Positions 18,971-29,394 are shown, numbered from the stretch's first letter. The stretch: 64,000 nucleotides of DNA from Candidatus Saccharimonadota bacterium (GCA_017512175.1 JAFWHA010000015.1:7699-71698); one strand, 5' to 3'. The notes: a model not told the origin generated them from the sequence alone. Program-made: numbers and translations.

Positions 18971-21190
18971 TTAAAACAGGCTGTACGCCGCAAAGAGCGG
19001 GGCAAGCGTGTTTGATTCAGTGGACATTATCTTGATGAAAATATCAAGTGCTACGCCGATGACGTCTTTTCTGGTGTCTCCCATAGTATCGCAGGCTACG
19101 GCGGCTTTGTAGGCTTCGGCATTTTCTATATCGTTTTTAGAGAGAACAACTAAGTTGCCATCTCCGTCATATACTGGCTCACCATCTTCACCGAGTAAGA
19201 CTACCATATTTGCTTCCCACATCTTCTTGGCATTGTCCCATGCACCACCAGAGTTGCCCATGAAAAGGGCTTCTTTGATAGCAGCAACAATAGCTCCGCA
19301 GAGTATTCCTAATATGAAATTAGGACCGAGTATGAATCCACAGAGTGGAACTACCAGTGCGATTACCGAGGGCGTTAACATGTAATGCAAAGCTTCATCA
19401 GCTGCCATAGTGATGACATATTCGTAGTCAGGACGTTTTGTACCTTCGATGACGCCAGGTACTTTCAGCTGTCTTTCTCCTTCATCGGCTAATTTCTTTG
19501 CCGCCTCGATCGTATTATGCCCGAGAATGGAAGAGAAATAATCAATTAGTCCAGCGCCGATGATTGCTCCGCCGATAATCGTGGTGATTGACATGGTGAC
19601 ATGTTGTGGTGTGTCAAAATACCTTGAGATGTTGTAGGAGCCAATATAAGACATTACTAAAGATACAGTTGCGAATGCAGCTGCGCCGATAGCGTTGCCT
19701 TTGCCGATGGCAGCAGTAGTGTTTCCGACTGCATCAAGCTCGTCAGTAATGCGACGTACTTTCGGATCGAGATGACAACTTTCGGCGATTCCGCCAGCAT
19801 TATCAGCGACTGGACCGAAAGCATCAATCGAGACTGTAGTACCAACAAAACTTAGTACTCCTACTGCAGCGATTGCTATGCCGTATGTGCCACATGCGAT
19901 ACAAGATATAAGAATCGACAATACGATTATAATGCATGGTGCCATGACGGAGCGTTTACCTACCGCATCTCCTTCTGTCTGTTCGTAAGCCACGCCTTCT
20001 TTTGCCATGTAAGCCAGTCTTTTGACGTGATGGTATTTGAAGCTGGTGTAGTATTCGGTCAATTTGCCGATTGCTACGGAACTGATCATGCCAAGTACCG
20101 CTGCAAGCCATGGAGAAATCCAGCCAAAACGGAAGTGTTCGGATAATTCAATTTCTCCGAAGATAAATTTAGCAGATAATAGGCCTATTAAAGCAACTAC
20201 TAATGCTGAAAGATAAGTAGCATGGTCTAATTCTTCCGCTGGGTCCACATCTTCACGTGAGACTTCTACTTCCTTTCCATCAATGATCTTGATTTGCTTG
20301 CGATTCTTCAAGATGATGTAATTCACACCAATGATGCTTGAAAGTAAGCCACCACCCACTAAGACAAATGGATACATGCAAGCTGCATTTAACAGTACGA
20401 TGTTCTCTTTGAATTCCTGCATAGCCACCAAGATTGTTGATACTGGAGTTGCGACAAAAGATTCAAGGAGATCCGATACGTTACCAGCAATATCGTTGAC
20501 CAAATCGCCAATGAAGTCTGCTAGAGTATTAGGCATTCTGGCGTCGTCTTCGGGGAGACCGTGGACATTCTTACCGACTATGTCAGCAGAAATATCGGCG
20601 GCCTTAGTGTAATTTCCTCCTGCAACACGATTGAACATTGCCACTACCGAACATCCAAGCGAATACGTAGTAAGTCGCATTGTTAGAGGGTTGCAGAGCA
20701 CGTCTAAAACCAAGCCGTGACTAGTACTAGAGGGGTTGATTCCACCAGATACAATCCAGACAATTGCTGCGCCAAATGCACCGAATGCGGGTACAGAATA
20801 GCCACTAATACTACCGCTCATAAGAGCAATACGTACTGTTCTGCTCATTGCACCGGTGACTCTGGCTGCGTTGGTAGTACGAACGTTACCGTAAGTTCCA
20901 CCTCTCATTCCGATTGTCACTGCAAGGCTTGACATCAATGCTCCGAAGATGAACGATAGTCCTGAGGCCACCTCCATGAATAGCGAATAAGCAAGTGCTA
21001 CAATCAACACTGTTGGTATAATTACGCGGTATTCTCTGCGCATGAATGTTTTTGCACCACTGCGAAGAATACTCGCAAGCTCTGCCATTTCGGCTGTGCC
21101 CTCATCGTGTTTCTTCAGGTCATTAAAATTCCTAAAGATCAGTATAAAGGTAACAACTGATATGGCGATAATGATAAACTGAACTATCAT
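18971..21190 (-). CDS. hppA: Membrane-bound Na+/H+-translocating pyrophosphatase (divergent)
   Basis: GGNYTKAADISADIVGK, DAFGPVADNAGGIAE, DAVGNTTAA and GGAWDNAKK motifs; many TM helices; SD AAGGAGG favours ATG 21190 over GTG 21199. Confidence 0.92.
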   Translation of the reverse strand: MIVQFIIIAISVVTFILIFRNFNDLKKHDEGTAEMAELASILRSGAKTFMRREYRVIIPTVLIVALAYSLFMEVASGLSFIFGALMSSLAVTIGMRGGTYGNVRTTNAARVTGAMSRTVRIALMSGSISGYSVPAFGAFGAAIVWIVSGGINPSSTSHGLVLDVLCNPLTMRLTTYSLGCSVVAMFNRVAGGNYTKAADISADIVGKNVHGLPEDDARMPNTLADFIGDLVNDIAGNVSDLLESFVATPVSTILVAMQEFKENIVLLNAACMYPFVLVGGGLLSSIIGVNYIILKNRKQIKIIDGKEVEVSREDVDPAEELDHATYLSALVVALIGLLSAKFIFGEIELSEHFRFGWISPWLAAVLGMISSVAIGKLTEYYTSFKYHHVKRLAYMAKEGVAYEQTEGDAVGKRSVMAPCIIIVLSILISCIACGTYGIAIAAVGVLSFVGTTVSIDAFGPVADNAGGIAESCHLDPKVRRITDELDAVGNTTAAIGKGNAIGAAAFATVSLVMSYIGSYNISRYFDTPQHVTMSITTIIGGAIIGAGLIDYFSSILGHNTIEAAKKLADEGERQLKVPGVIEGTKRPDYEYVITMAADEALHYMLTPSVIALVVPLCGFILGPNFILGILCGAIVAAIKEALFMGNSGGAWDNAKKMWEANMVVLLGEDGEPVYDGDGNLVVLSKNDIENAEAYKAAVACDTMGDTRKDVIGVALDIFIKIMSTESNTLAPLFAAYSLF

Positions 21191-21274
21191 AAGTTCCACC
21201 TCCTTGATTTGAGATTTTTAAAGAACATTGTAACAAAACAAATAGTGCGCGCTCCTATACGCCCACTGTGCCTG

Positions 21275-21303
21275 ATTGTAGCATAATTACTCTATGTGCG
21301 CAA
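21275..21303 (-). promoter_or_regulatory. Sigma70 promoter of hppA
   Basis: TTGCGC, 17-nt spacer ending TGC, then TACAAT on the minus strand. Confidence 0.6.
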
Positions 21304-21314
21304 ACACAAGAGGT

Positions 21315-21806
21315 TTATTTATTGTTCCATTCGCAATCGTATTTGTAAACCGCTTCGTAATCTGTCTTACCATATGGTGGTTTGGGGATATATGTGACTG
21401 AAGTGTGGTTAGTGTTGCAGAAATATTGGCCAGTGAAATATGATCTAGAATCTTCGTGTCGACCATTGTCAAAAAGTAGAAGCTGCCTTAGGTAAACAGG
21501 TGGGAAACCATAATCTGTGTAAGTTTGGAGGGCGACAGCTAATTCATCTTCAGGGGTGTTTTCTGTAAAGCTATCATAATAATAATTTTCGTAATAGTCT
21601 TTGGCGATATTTTCGAGCTCACGTTTAGCAGCGCGCTCTGGATCAAAGATGATGCGGACAGCCACGTTACCGAATACTAAAACAAGACAAATAATGATTG
21701 CTAAGATGGAAAAAATGTGTGCGATTGGCTCAGCGGGAAAGTTGAGCGGCTCAGGTTGCTCGGGGTATGAATAGTATCGTTTTAACGTTTTTTTACGTTT
21801 TGACAT
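21315..21806 (-). CDS. Hypothetical single-pass membrane protein
   Basis: One TM helix and a C-terminal Cys pair; SD-like GGAG upstream. Confidence 0.7.
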   Translation of the reverse strand: MSKRKKTLKRYYSYPEQPEPLNFPAEPIAHIFSILAIIICLVLVFGNVAVRIIFDPERAAKRELENIAKDYYENYYYDSFTENTPEDELAVALQTYTDYGFPPVYLRQLLLFDNGRHEDSRSYFTGQYFCNTNHTSVTYIPKPPYGKTDYEAVYKYDCEWNNK

Positions 21807-21955
21807 TAAAATTTTACTCCACTTGTGCTCTATTTTAACATAAAAATTATAACTTAGTAAATAAAATAGCGGATTTTAATTTTGGCTAAATAGATTTTTA
21901 AAAATTAAAGCTTAAAAATTATAATAACACTTGCAAATATGATAGAATAATAGGT

Positions 21956-23389
21956 ATGAGTAAATTATTTAAAAGAACTAAAATCCTTGCCACTATTGGC
22001 CCAGCTGTTTTTTCGGAACAGAAAATTGAAGAATTAATTATGGCCGGAGTCAACGGTTGCCGTCTCAACTTTTCTCACGGTGATTATACGGAACGTGATC
22101 AGCAGATTACTTGGATTCGCCAAGCTGCTGCCAAGAAAGGTCGTTCTGTTGCGATTTTGCAAGATTTACAAGGTCCAAAGATTCGCTTAGGAGACATTAA
22201 AAATAATCATTTAGATGTCCATGCAGGCGATGAATTGATATTGGATAATGCTATTAAGGAGCACGACGGTGGTAATGTTCTTCCGGTGCAATATAATCTT
22301 GCCAAAAAAGTGAAAGTAGGAGAGCCACTTTCGATGTTTGATGGCAAAATAAAATCTACAGTTTCTGAAATAGTATCTAATACTGCGATTAAGATTAAGG
22401 TTGAGAACGATGGTTTCGTTATGAGCCATAAGGGACTTAACCTTCCGGATACAGATTTTGGTGGTGATATTATCACCGAAAAAGACATGGCAGATATTGA
22501 GTTCGGTGCTTCGCGTGATTTTGACTATGTAGCACTTTCTTTTGTGCAATCTGCAAAAGATATCGAAAAATTGCGTCAAATTTTGCTTTCGCATGGCTCG
22601 ACAGCACATATTATCGCTAAAATTGAGACTAAGAAAGCAATAGAATCTGACGAGGCAATGGAAGCGATTGTCAAAGCTACGGATGGAATCATGGTGGCGC
22701 GTGGCGATATGGCGGTAGAAGCGGGTGCGGAAGTAGTGCCAATTGTCCAGAGAAAACTTATCGCTATGTGCCGCGAACATGGGAAACTTTGTATCGTTGC
22801 GACACAGATGATGAGCTCAATGGTGGACAATCCTGAGCCGACTCGTGCGGAAGTGTCAGATGTAGCTAATGCTGTTATTCAAGGGGCTGATGCAGTGATG
22901 CTTTCTGATGAGACTGCAAACGGTAAATATCCAGTCGAAACAGTGAAAGCTATGAAAAAGGTAATTCTTTATACACAGAATAATTCACATGTGTCACCAA
23001 TTAACCATGATGTCACCGGAGACTATAAGAACTATGATGCTATTGCCGGTGGCGTGGTGAGTCTTGCTGAGAAAATTGATGCAGATGTAATTTTGTGTCA
23101 GACTGCATCTGGAGCGACAGCTTCTGCTATTGCGGCGCAACGTCCGAAGTTGCCAATCGTGACAGTGACAAGTAATCCGCGTGTAGCAGGTCAGTTAGCG
23201 TTGACATATGCCAACTCGGCTTTCGTAAGACCGTATTCTGAAAATTATGGTCTCGAACTGGCTCAAGAGCTAAAGGAAAATGGTTATCTTCAGATTCGCG
23301 AAGGGAAGAAAGATATCTTAGCGGTCATTATATCTGGGCATAAGGATATGGCTGGTGGGACTGATACTATTCATATTGTACGCGTATAG
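21956..23389 (+). CDS. pyk: Pyruvate kinase
   Basis: RTKILATIGP, RLNFSHG, MVARGDM and DAVMLSDETA motifs. Confidence 0.97.
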   Translation: MSKLFKRTKILATIGPAVFSEQKIEELIMAGVNGCRLNFSHGDYTERDQQITWIRQAAAKKGRSVAILQDLQGPKIRLGDIKNNHLDVHAGDELILDNAIKEHDGGNVLPVQYNLAKKVKVGEPLSMFDGKIKSTVSEIVSNTAIKIKVENDGFVMSHKGLNLPDTDFGGDIITEKDMADIEFGASRDFDYVALSFVQSAKDIEKLRQILLSHGSTAHIIAKIETKKAIESDEAMEAIVKATDGIMVARGDMAVEAGAEVVPIVQRKLIAMCREHGKLCIVATQMMSSMVDNPEPTRAEVSDVANAVIQGADAVMLSDETANGKYPVETVKAMKKVILYTQNNSHVSPINHDVTGDYKNYDAIAGGVVSLAEKIDADVILCQTASGATASAIAAQRPKLPIVTVTSNPRVAGQLALTYANSAFVRPYSENYGLELAQELKENGYLQIREGKKDILAVIISGHKDMAGGTDTIHIVRV

Positions 23390-23478
23390 AGCCGGTTGTC
23401 ATTTGGATAGATATAGGTGGCTTAAGATTAGCTATTTTATGTAGAAAATATAGTATAATAGTAGTAAATGGAGGTAAA

Positions 23479-24588
23479 ATGTTCGCAAAACAAAGTTTAG
23501 AGAACACTAAAGTGCGTGGGCAAACAGTTTTAGTTCGGGTAGATTATAATGTACCGATTAAAGATGGGGAGATTACAGATGACTTGCGCATTCGCGAGAC
23601 TATTCCGACTTTGGAGCTTTTAGAGAAGAAAGGTGCAAGACGTATTATTTTAATTTCTCATCTTGGTCGTCCGAAGGGCGAGAAAAAACCAGAGCTATCA
23701 CTTAAAATTGTTTTTGATAGATTAAAGGAACTACTTCCTGATAGAAAAGTGTTCTTTGTGAGTGATGTATCTGGTCCAGATGTAGAAGAAGCAGTAGAAA
23801 AGTTACCTGTGGGCGGTATCTTATTGCTAGAGAATTTACGTTTCTTTCCTGGTGAAGAAGAAAATTCGACGGAATTTGCGAGGGAAATAGCGGAATCGAC
23901 ACATGCGGATGTTTTCGTGCAAGATGGGTTTGCTGTAGTTCATCGTGCGCATGCTTCTACGTCTGCTATTACTTCTGAAGTCCCTTCAGTCGCTGGCCCA
24001 CTACTAGAAAAAGAGATTACCGCATTAACAAAAGTTGCAAAAGCACCAGTGCACCCGTTTATAGTAATTATCGGTGGAGCAAAAGTTGCCGACAAACAGC
24101 CGTTGATTGAGAGATTCTTGAAAATTGCTGATAAAATTATTGTGGGCGGAAAAATTGCAGCGGATATATCTGATGGCAAATTGACCGAAGAAGAGAAAAA
24201 GATATTTGCTGACAATGCAGACAAGATTTATATTGCTAATGATTTTGTAAGTGATGAGAGTGGCGCAAAATTAGATATTGGATCAGAATCTACTCAGAAA
24301 ATACTAGAAATGCTTGATGGAGCTAAGACTGTACTTTGGAATGGCGCGCTTGGCTATGTGGAGAATCCAGAATATGCAAAAAGCTCCACAGAGGTAGCAG
24401 AGTACTTGGGCAAAAATCCGCAAGTTTATTCGGTAATTTGTGGTGGAGATACAACAGGATTTGTTGAGAATTTGCAGAAAAAAGATGAGTCGCTTAAATA
24501 TGGACTCATTTCTACGGGCGGAGGAGCTTCACTTGAACTTTTGACCGGAGAAGCTTTGCCCGGCTATGAATCTCTTGACGATAAATAA
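23479..24588 (+). CDS. pgk: Phosphoglycerate kinase
   Basis: RVDYNVP, SHLGRP, LLENLRF, GGAKV and STGGGASL motifs. Confidence 0.97.
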   Translation: MFAKQSLENTKVRGQTVLVRVDYNVPIKDGEITDDLRIRETIPTLELLEKKGARRIILISHLGRPKGEKKPELSLKIVFDRLKELLPDRKVFFVSDVSGPDVEEAVEKLPVGGILLLENLRFFPGEEENSTEFAREIAESTHADVFVQDGFAVVHRAHASTSAITSEVPSVAGPLLEKEITALTKVAKAPVHPFIVIIGGAKVADKQPLIERFLKIADKIIVGGKIAADISDGKLTEEEKKIFADNADKIYIANDFVSDESGAKLDIGSESTQKILEMLDGAKTVLWNGALGYVENPEYAKSSTEVAEYLGKNPQVYSVICGGDTTGFVENLQKKDESLKYGLISTGGGASLELLTGEALPGYESLDDK

Positions 24589-24645
24589 AGTTTATTGCTA
24601 AAGCTTGCGTAGGATTTTGAAGTGTGCGACACTTTTTAGGACTTT

Positions 24646-25377
24646 ATGAAAATAACGTATAGAGAACGTAGGATAATTATAGTTTTAGTACTCCTTGCAG
24701 TAGTAGCAGGGTGGTTGATTATAAATCCAGTAAGCTATGAGTCTGAGGCTCCTGAAAAGGTTGAAACTGTTGATGATGGTGCAACTTCGCCTTTAGGAGT
24801 TACATCAGAAGGAGAGCCACTGGCAATTTCGATACTAGAGAAGTTGGAAATTAAGGGGCGTGCACCTAAAACTGGATACGAGAGAACTGAATTTTATTCT
24901 AATTGGCCGAAGATTAATGGTTGTAGTTTGCGGCAGGTAATTATTAGGAGAGATTTGGGTGATACGGCGGTATTAGATGGTTGTGATGTGGTGGCTGGGC
25001 ACTTTGTTGAGCCTTATACTGGTAGTGAAATGCAATTTTATCAAAAGTCAGATTTTAGTAAGAAAATTCAGATTGACCATATCGTAGCTTTGTCTGATGC
25101 TTGGCAGAAGGGCGCACAGTATAAAACTAAAGAGGAACGTTACCAGATGGCAACTGATCCGCTAAATTTGATTGCAGCGGATAGCTCCGCGAATCAGCAA
25201 AAGTCTGATGGCGATGCGGCGACTTGGTTACCGCCGAACAAAGCGTTTAGATGTCAATATGTAGCTAGGCAAGTTTCCGTGAAATACAAATATGCTTTGT
25301 GGGTAACTCAAGCAGAGCACGATGCAATTGCGGATATTTTGAAAAAATGTCCAACTGAGCCGGCAGTTGGTATATAA
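24646..25377 (+). CDS. Membrane-anchored HNH-type nuclease (DUF1524-like)
   Basis: N-terminal TM; IQIDHIVALSDAW, DPLNL and NQQKSDGDAATWLP motifs. Confidence 0.85.
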   Translation: MKITYRERRIIIVLVLLAVVAGWLIINPVSYESEAPEKVETVDDGATSPLGVTSEGEPLAISILEKLEIKGRAPKTGYERTEFYSNWPKINGCSLRQVIIRRDLGDTAVLDGCDVVAGHFVEPYTGSEMQFYQKSDFSKKIQIDHIVALSDAWQKGAQYKTKEERYQMATDPLNLIAADSSANQQKSDGDAATWLPPNKAFRCQYVARQVSVKYKYALWVTQAEHDAIADILKKCPTEPAVGI

Positions 25378-25401
25378 TATAGGTATAATGCTGGAGGTAA
25401 A

Positions 25402-26679
25402 ATGATAAAATTTCTTACAGATACTACGCTTCGAGTTGATGACTTTTCAGCTGCGGAATCTGCTCTTTCTGAAATAAAGTCTGATGCGATGGCTGGCTGG
25501 CTGAATGTTCCGGTGGATGCGGATGAACTTGCAAGAATTAAACAAGCTGCAATTAAGATTAATAGTGATTCTGGATTTTTGATTTGTGTCGGTATCGGTG
25601 GCTCGTATCTTGGACATAAAGCGATTATTGACGCACTAGGAAATAGTGGCAAGACGAAAGTCGTGTATGCAGGGAATAATTTAAGCTCTGCAGCACTTGA
25701 TAAACTCTTCACAGAAATTGGGACTAGTGATTTTTCGATAAATGTTATTTCTAAATCTGGAACGACTTTGGAGCCGGCGATTGCATTTAGACTACTCAAG
25801 GCTGGGCTTGTAGCAAAATACGGCGAACAGGGTGCAAAAGAAAGAATATATGTTACGACTGATGCTGAAAAAGGCGTGCTGCATGATGAAGCAGTAAAGA
25901 ATGGATATCAGCGATTTGTAGTGCCAAATAATATCGGTGGAAGATATTCAGTGCTCACAGCGGTAGGACTTTTGCCGATGGCAGTTGCTGGTATTAATAT
26001 TGAGGAATTAATTGATGGCGCACATACGGCTTCTGTAGGAGTTAATATGGAATATGCCGCGACAATGAGTTCTGCAACTGTGGACACCGCAGCGGCTATT
26101 GTAAGGGAGGCTTCAAGATATGCGATAATTAGGCAGAAGTTGTATCGAGAACAGGGAAAAGAAACGGAAGTGCTCGCCACTTTCGAGCCGAGACTCGAAA
26201 CTTTTAGTGAATGGTGGAAACAATTGTTTGGTGAGTCGGAAGGGAAGAATAATCAGGGAATCTTTCCAGCTTCAGTAATATATACTACGGATCTTCATTC
26301 GCTAGGACAATACATGCAGCAAGGAAGACGAAATATCTTTGAAACTGTTGTAAAAATTACAACACCTAGTCAAAGATCAATCATGATTCCACAGACACAA
26401 GACAATGCAGATGGGCTTAACTATCTTGCTGGTAAAAGTTTAGATTATATTAATGAAAAAGCTTTGGAAGCTACAGTGAGGGCGCATAGACTGGGCGGTA
26501 TACCTGTACTCGAAATTGAAATTGCAGATTTAACAGCAAGAAGTATAGGCGAGTTGATTTACTTTTTTGAACTTTCTTGTGCGCTTTCAGCAAAAATTAG
26601 CGGTGTAAATCCATTTGACCAGCCGGGAGTTGAAACTTATAAGCAGAATATGTTCCAGTTGCTTGGAAGGCCTAGCTAA
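25402..26679 (+). CDS. pgi: Glucose-6-phosphate isomerase
   Basis: GIGGSYLG, SKSGTTLE, IGGRYSV, QLFGESEGK and NPFDQPGVE motifs. Confidence 0.97.
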   Translation: MIKFLTDTTLRVDDFSAAESALSEIKSDAMAGWLNVPVDADELARIKQAAIKINSDSGFLICVGIGGSYLGHKAIIDALGNSGKTKVVYAGNNLSSAALDKLFTEIGTSDFSINVISKSGTTLEPAIAFRLLKAGLVAKYGEQGAKERIYVTTDAEKGVLHDEAVKNGYQRFVVPNNIGGRYSVLTAVGLLPMAVAGINIEELIDGAHTASVGVNMEYAATMSSATVDTAAAIVREASRYAIIRQKLYREQGKETEVLATFEPRLETFSEWWKQLFGESEGKNNQGIFPASVIYTTDLHSLGQYMQQGRRNIFETVVKITTPSQRSIMIPQTQDNADGLNYLAGKSLDYINEKALEATVRAHRLGGIPVLEIEIADLTARSIGELIYFFELSCALSAKISGVNPFDQPGVETYKQNMFQLLGRPS

Positions 26680-26704
26680 AAGTTCCAGGCGTCAGTTAGG
26701 TCGA

Positions 26705-26767
26705 AGTGATTTTAATTAAATTGTAGTGATTTTGGTTGAATCAGAGTGATTTGGCTGAAAATGTGAT
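26705..26767 (+). repeat. Three imperfect ~20-bp direct repeats upstream of the gpmI promoter
   Basis: AGTGATTT recurs at 26705, 26725 and 26745. Confidence 0.6.
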
Positions 26768-26808
26768 ATAATGAAATAAATAAGATAAACAGGAGTGGGC
26801 AAACACTT

Positions 26809-28422
26809 ATGAGATTAGATTATAATGGTCCAGTTGTGCTAGCAGTTCTAGACGGCGTCGGCCTGAGGCGGGACGTGGTTGGAAATGCTATTAAGCAGGC
26901 TCACACTGAGTTTTTGAATTATGCAGTAGAAAATTATAAGACTACTGGACTGAATGCTTCTGGTGAAGCAGTAGGGATTTTGCCAGGAGATATGGGAAAT
27001 AGCGAAGTTGGACACAATGCGATTGGCGCTGGCCAGATAGTTAAACAAGGTGTAGCTCAGATTAACGAAGCGATTAATACTGGAGCTATTTGGCAATCTG
27101 AGGCATGGAAAACGATTATAAAACGAACTAAAGAAAGAAATTCTACTTTGCATTTTTCTGGTATTTTCTCTGATGGCAATGTACATAGTAGTATTTATCA
27201 TTTAGAGAGAATGATAGAGCAGGCCCATTCAGAAGGAATATCTAGAATTCGAGTACATATCGTTTTGGACGGTAGGGATACACCACCACAGTCGGCACTA
27301 CAATATGTCGCGGAGTTAGAGGCATTTATCGCTGCATTTCCGGACCATCCAGATTATCGTATTGCTTCTGGTGGTGGAAGAATGGTGTATGTTGCAGACC
27401 GATACGAGAGTGATTGGAATATCGTCAAGACGGGTTGGGATGCAATAGTTTGTGGTGAGGCATATCATAGATTTACTTCGGCAACTTCAGCTATTAACAC
27501 ATTCAGAGAGAAAGACCCAAGTTTGCAAGACCAGTATATTCCTCCTTTTGTGATTGTGGAAAATGGCAAGCCAGTAGGCAGAGTAGAAGATGGTGATAGC
27601 TTCATCTACTATGATTTTAGAGCGGATAGAGCGGTAGAATTTGCAATGGCTATGACTTATAATGATTTTCCATATTTTGATCGTACTTATTATAGTAAAG
27701 ATGGTATCTTGCATCATGGTAAGCCAGACGTGTATTTTGCTGGACTAACTGAATATAATTCTGATACACACGTACCGGAGCATCGCCTAGTAGAGCCGAT
27801 TAAGATTGACAATACTTTGAATTCTTTTCTCAGTTCGCGAGGAATTCGTCAACTCGCAGTGTCAGAAACTGTTAAATTCGGACATATTACATATTATTTC
27901 AACGGAAATAGCTACCAAAAAGCAATAGGGGAAGACCATATCGAAATTCCTTCAGATACGCAGCCATTCGATACTCGCCCATGGATGAAATCGGCTGAGA
28001 TTGCTGACGAAGTGATCGCTAATATGGATAAGTATAAATTCGTCAGATTGAATTTCCCTGGCGGAGATATGGTGGGACATTTTGCAGAGTTAGAGCCGAC
28101 TATTGTTGCGATTGAAGCGATTGATATTCAGCTAGCGCGTATTGCTAAAGAGGTGGATAAACTTGGAGGGGTATTAATTATCACTGCGGATCATGGTAAT
28201 GCGGAAGAGCTAGTGGATGCGGAGGGTAATTCTAAGACGGCACATACTACTAACCCAGTACCATTTGTGATTTATGATAATACAGATAATCGTGACAAAT
28301 ATGAGTTCGTAAAAATGGAAGATGCTGGACTTTCCAATATCGCAGCGACTATTACGACTTTGCTTGGACTGGAACAGCATCCTGACGTCTGGCGAGATTC
28401 TCTGATTCGAACTATTGACTGA
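26809..28422 (+). CDS. gpmI: 2,3-bisphosphoglycerate-independent phosphoglycerate mutase
   Basis: MGNSEVGH, DGRD, FRADR, DMVGH, TADHGNAE and TAHT motifs. Confidence 0.97.
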   Translation: MRLDYNGPVVLAVLDGVGLRRDVVGNAIKQAHTEFLNYAVENYKTTGLNASGEAVGILPGDMGNSEVGHNAIGAGQIVKQGVAQINEAINTGAIWQSEAWKTIIKRTKERNSTLHFSGIFSDGNVHSSIYHLERMIEQAHSEGISRIRVHIVLDGRDTPPQSALQYVAELEAFIAAFPDHPDYRIASGGGRMVYVADRYESDWNIVKTGWDAIVCGEAYHRFTSATSAINTFREKDPSLQDQYIPPFVIVENGKPVGRVEDGDSFIYYDFRADRAVEFAMAMTYNDFPYFDRTYYSKDGILHHGKPDVYFAGLTEYNSDTHVPEHRLVEPIKIDNTLNSFLSSRGIRQLAVSETVKFGHITYYFNGNSYQKAIGEDHIEIPSDTQPFDTRPWMKSAEIADEVIANMDKYKFVRLNFPGGDMVGHFAELEPTIVAIEAIDIQLARIAKEVDKLGGVLIITADHGNAEELVDAEGNSKTAHTTNPVPFVIYDNTDNRDKYEFVKMEDAGLSNIAATITTLLGLEQHPDVWRDSLIRTID

Positions 28423-28484
28423 TACTTCTTGGCAAAGTAAAATTATAGCAAGAAAGTAAGCTGTAGATTCAGTTAAGGAGCAAA

Positions 28485-29315
28485 ATGAAAAAGATTACCA
28501 AAGCTATTATACCGGTCGCTGGATGGGGAACGAGAAGATTGCCGATTACCAAAATTATAGAGAAGTCCATGTTACCGGTTGGTAATCGTCCGTTGGTAGA
28601 TTATTCCGTCCAAGAGCTGATTAAGGCGGGAGTAACGGATATCTATATGGTAATCTCTAACGTTGAGCCTTGCCAGGTACGAGAGTTCTATAAGGATAAC
28701 TTAGCTCTTAATAAATATCTAGAAGAACGTGGAAAGACTGACCGCATGCTTCTAGCTAAGACTTTGCCAGACAATGTAAAAATCCATTATGTCTCTCAAG
28801 ATCCATCTGGAAAATATGGTACAGCGGTACCAGTTTGCTTGGTGGCTGAGGAGTTTAATATTGATGAGCCGGTTTTCGTGTTCATGGGAGATGATTTTAT
28901 TTGGAATCCTGATGGCGAATCTTCGGCGGAATCTTTGCTTAATTCTGTAAAATCTGAAGATGAATCAGCACTGCTTGGTATTACCAAACCAGAATCGGCG
29001 CTTTTGAATGGCGGAGCTTTGACCATAGAAGATGAAAAAGTGGTAAAAATTACCGAGAAGCCAAAACCGGAGCAGGTAACTGGCATTGCGTCAGTTTCGA
29101 AATATATTATTTCTACTAAACTGATGCGAGAAATTGTCGAATATGTCCATGCGCACGATTTCGGACCGTTAGACCAAGAATATATGATTACGGATCCGTT
29201 TGCTTCTTATATTGAAAAAGGTGGAATTATGCGTGTAGCTAGAACTAGTGGCGAGTATCTTGATGGTGGCACAGTTGAAGGTTGGGTGCATGCTAATAAC
29301 GTAGTGTGTAAATAA
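28485..29315 (+). CDS. Sugar-phosphate nucleotidyltransferase (GalU-like)
   Basis: KAIIPVAGWGTRRLP, EKP and YLDGG motifs. Confidence 0.85.
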   Translation: MKKITKAIIPVAGWGTRRLPITKIIEKSMLPVGNRPLVDYSVQELIKAGVTDIYMVISNVEPCQVREFYKDNLALNKYLEERGKTDRMLLAKTLPDNVKIHYVSQDPSGKYGTAVPVCLVAEEFNIDEPVFVFMGDDFIWNPDGESSAESLLNSVKSEDESALLGITKPESALLNGGALTIEDEKVVKITEKPKPEQVTGIASVSKYIISTKLMREIVEYVHAHDFGPLDQEYMITDPFASYIEKGGIMRVARTSGEYLDGGTVEGWVHANNVVCK

Positions 29316-29394
29316 CACTAGACACAAGGCAGATTTTTAAATATTTTCGCTTCTACTACTTCACAAATTATTCGTTCTGTGATATAATTTGCTT

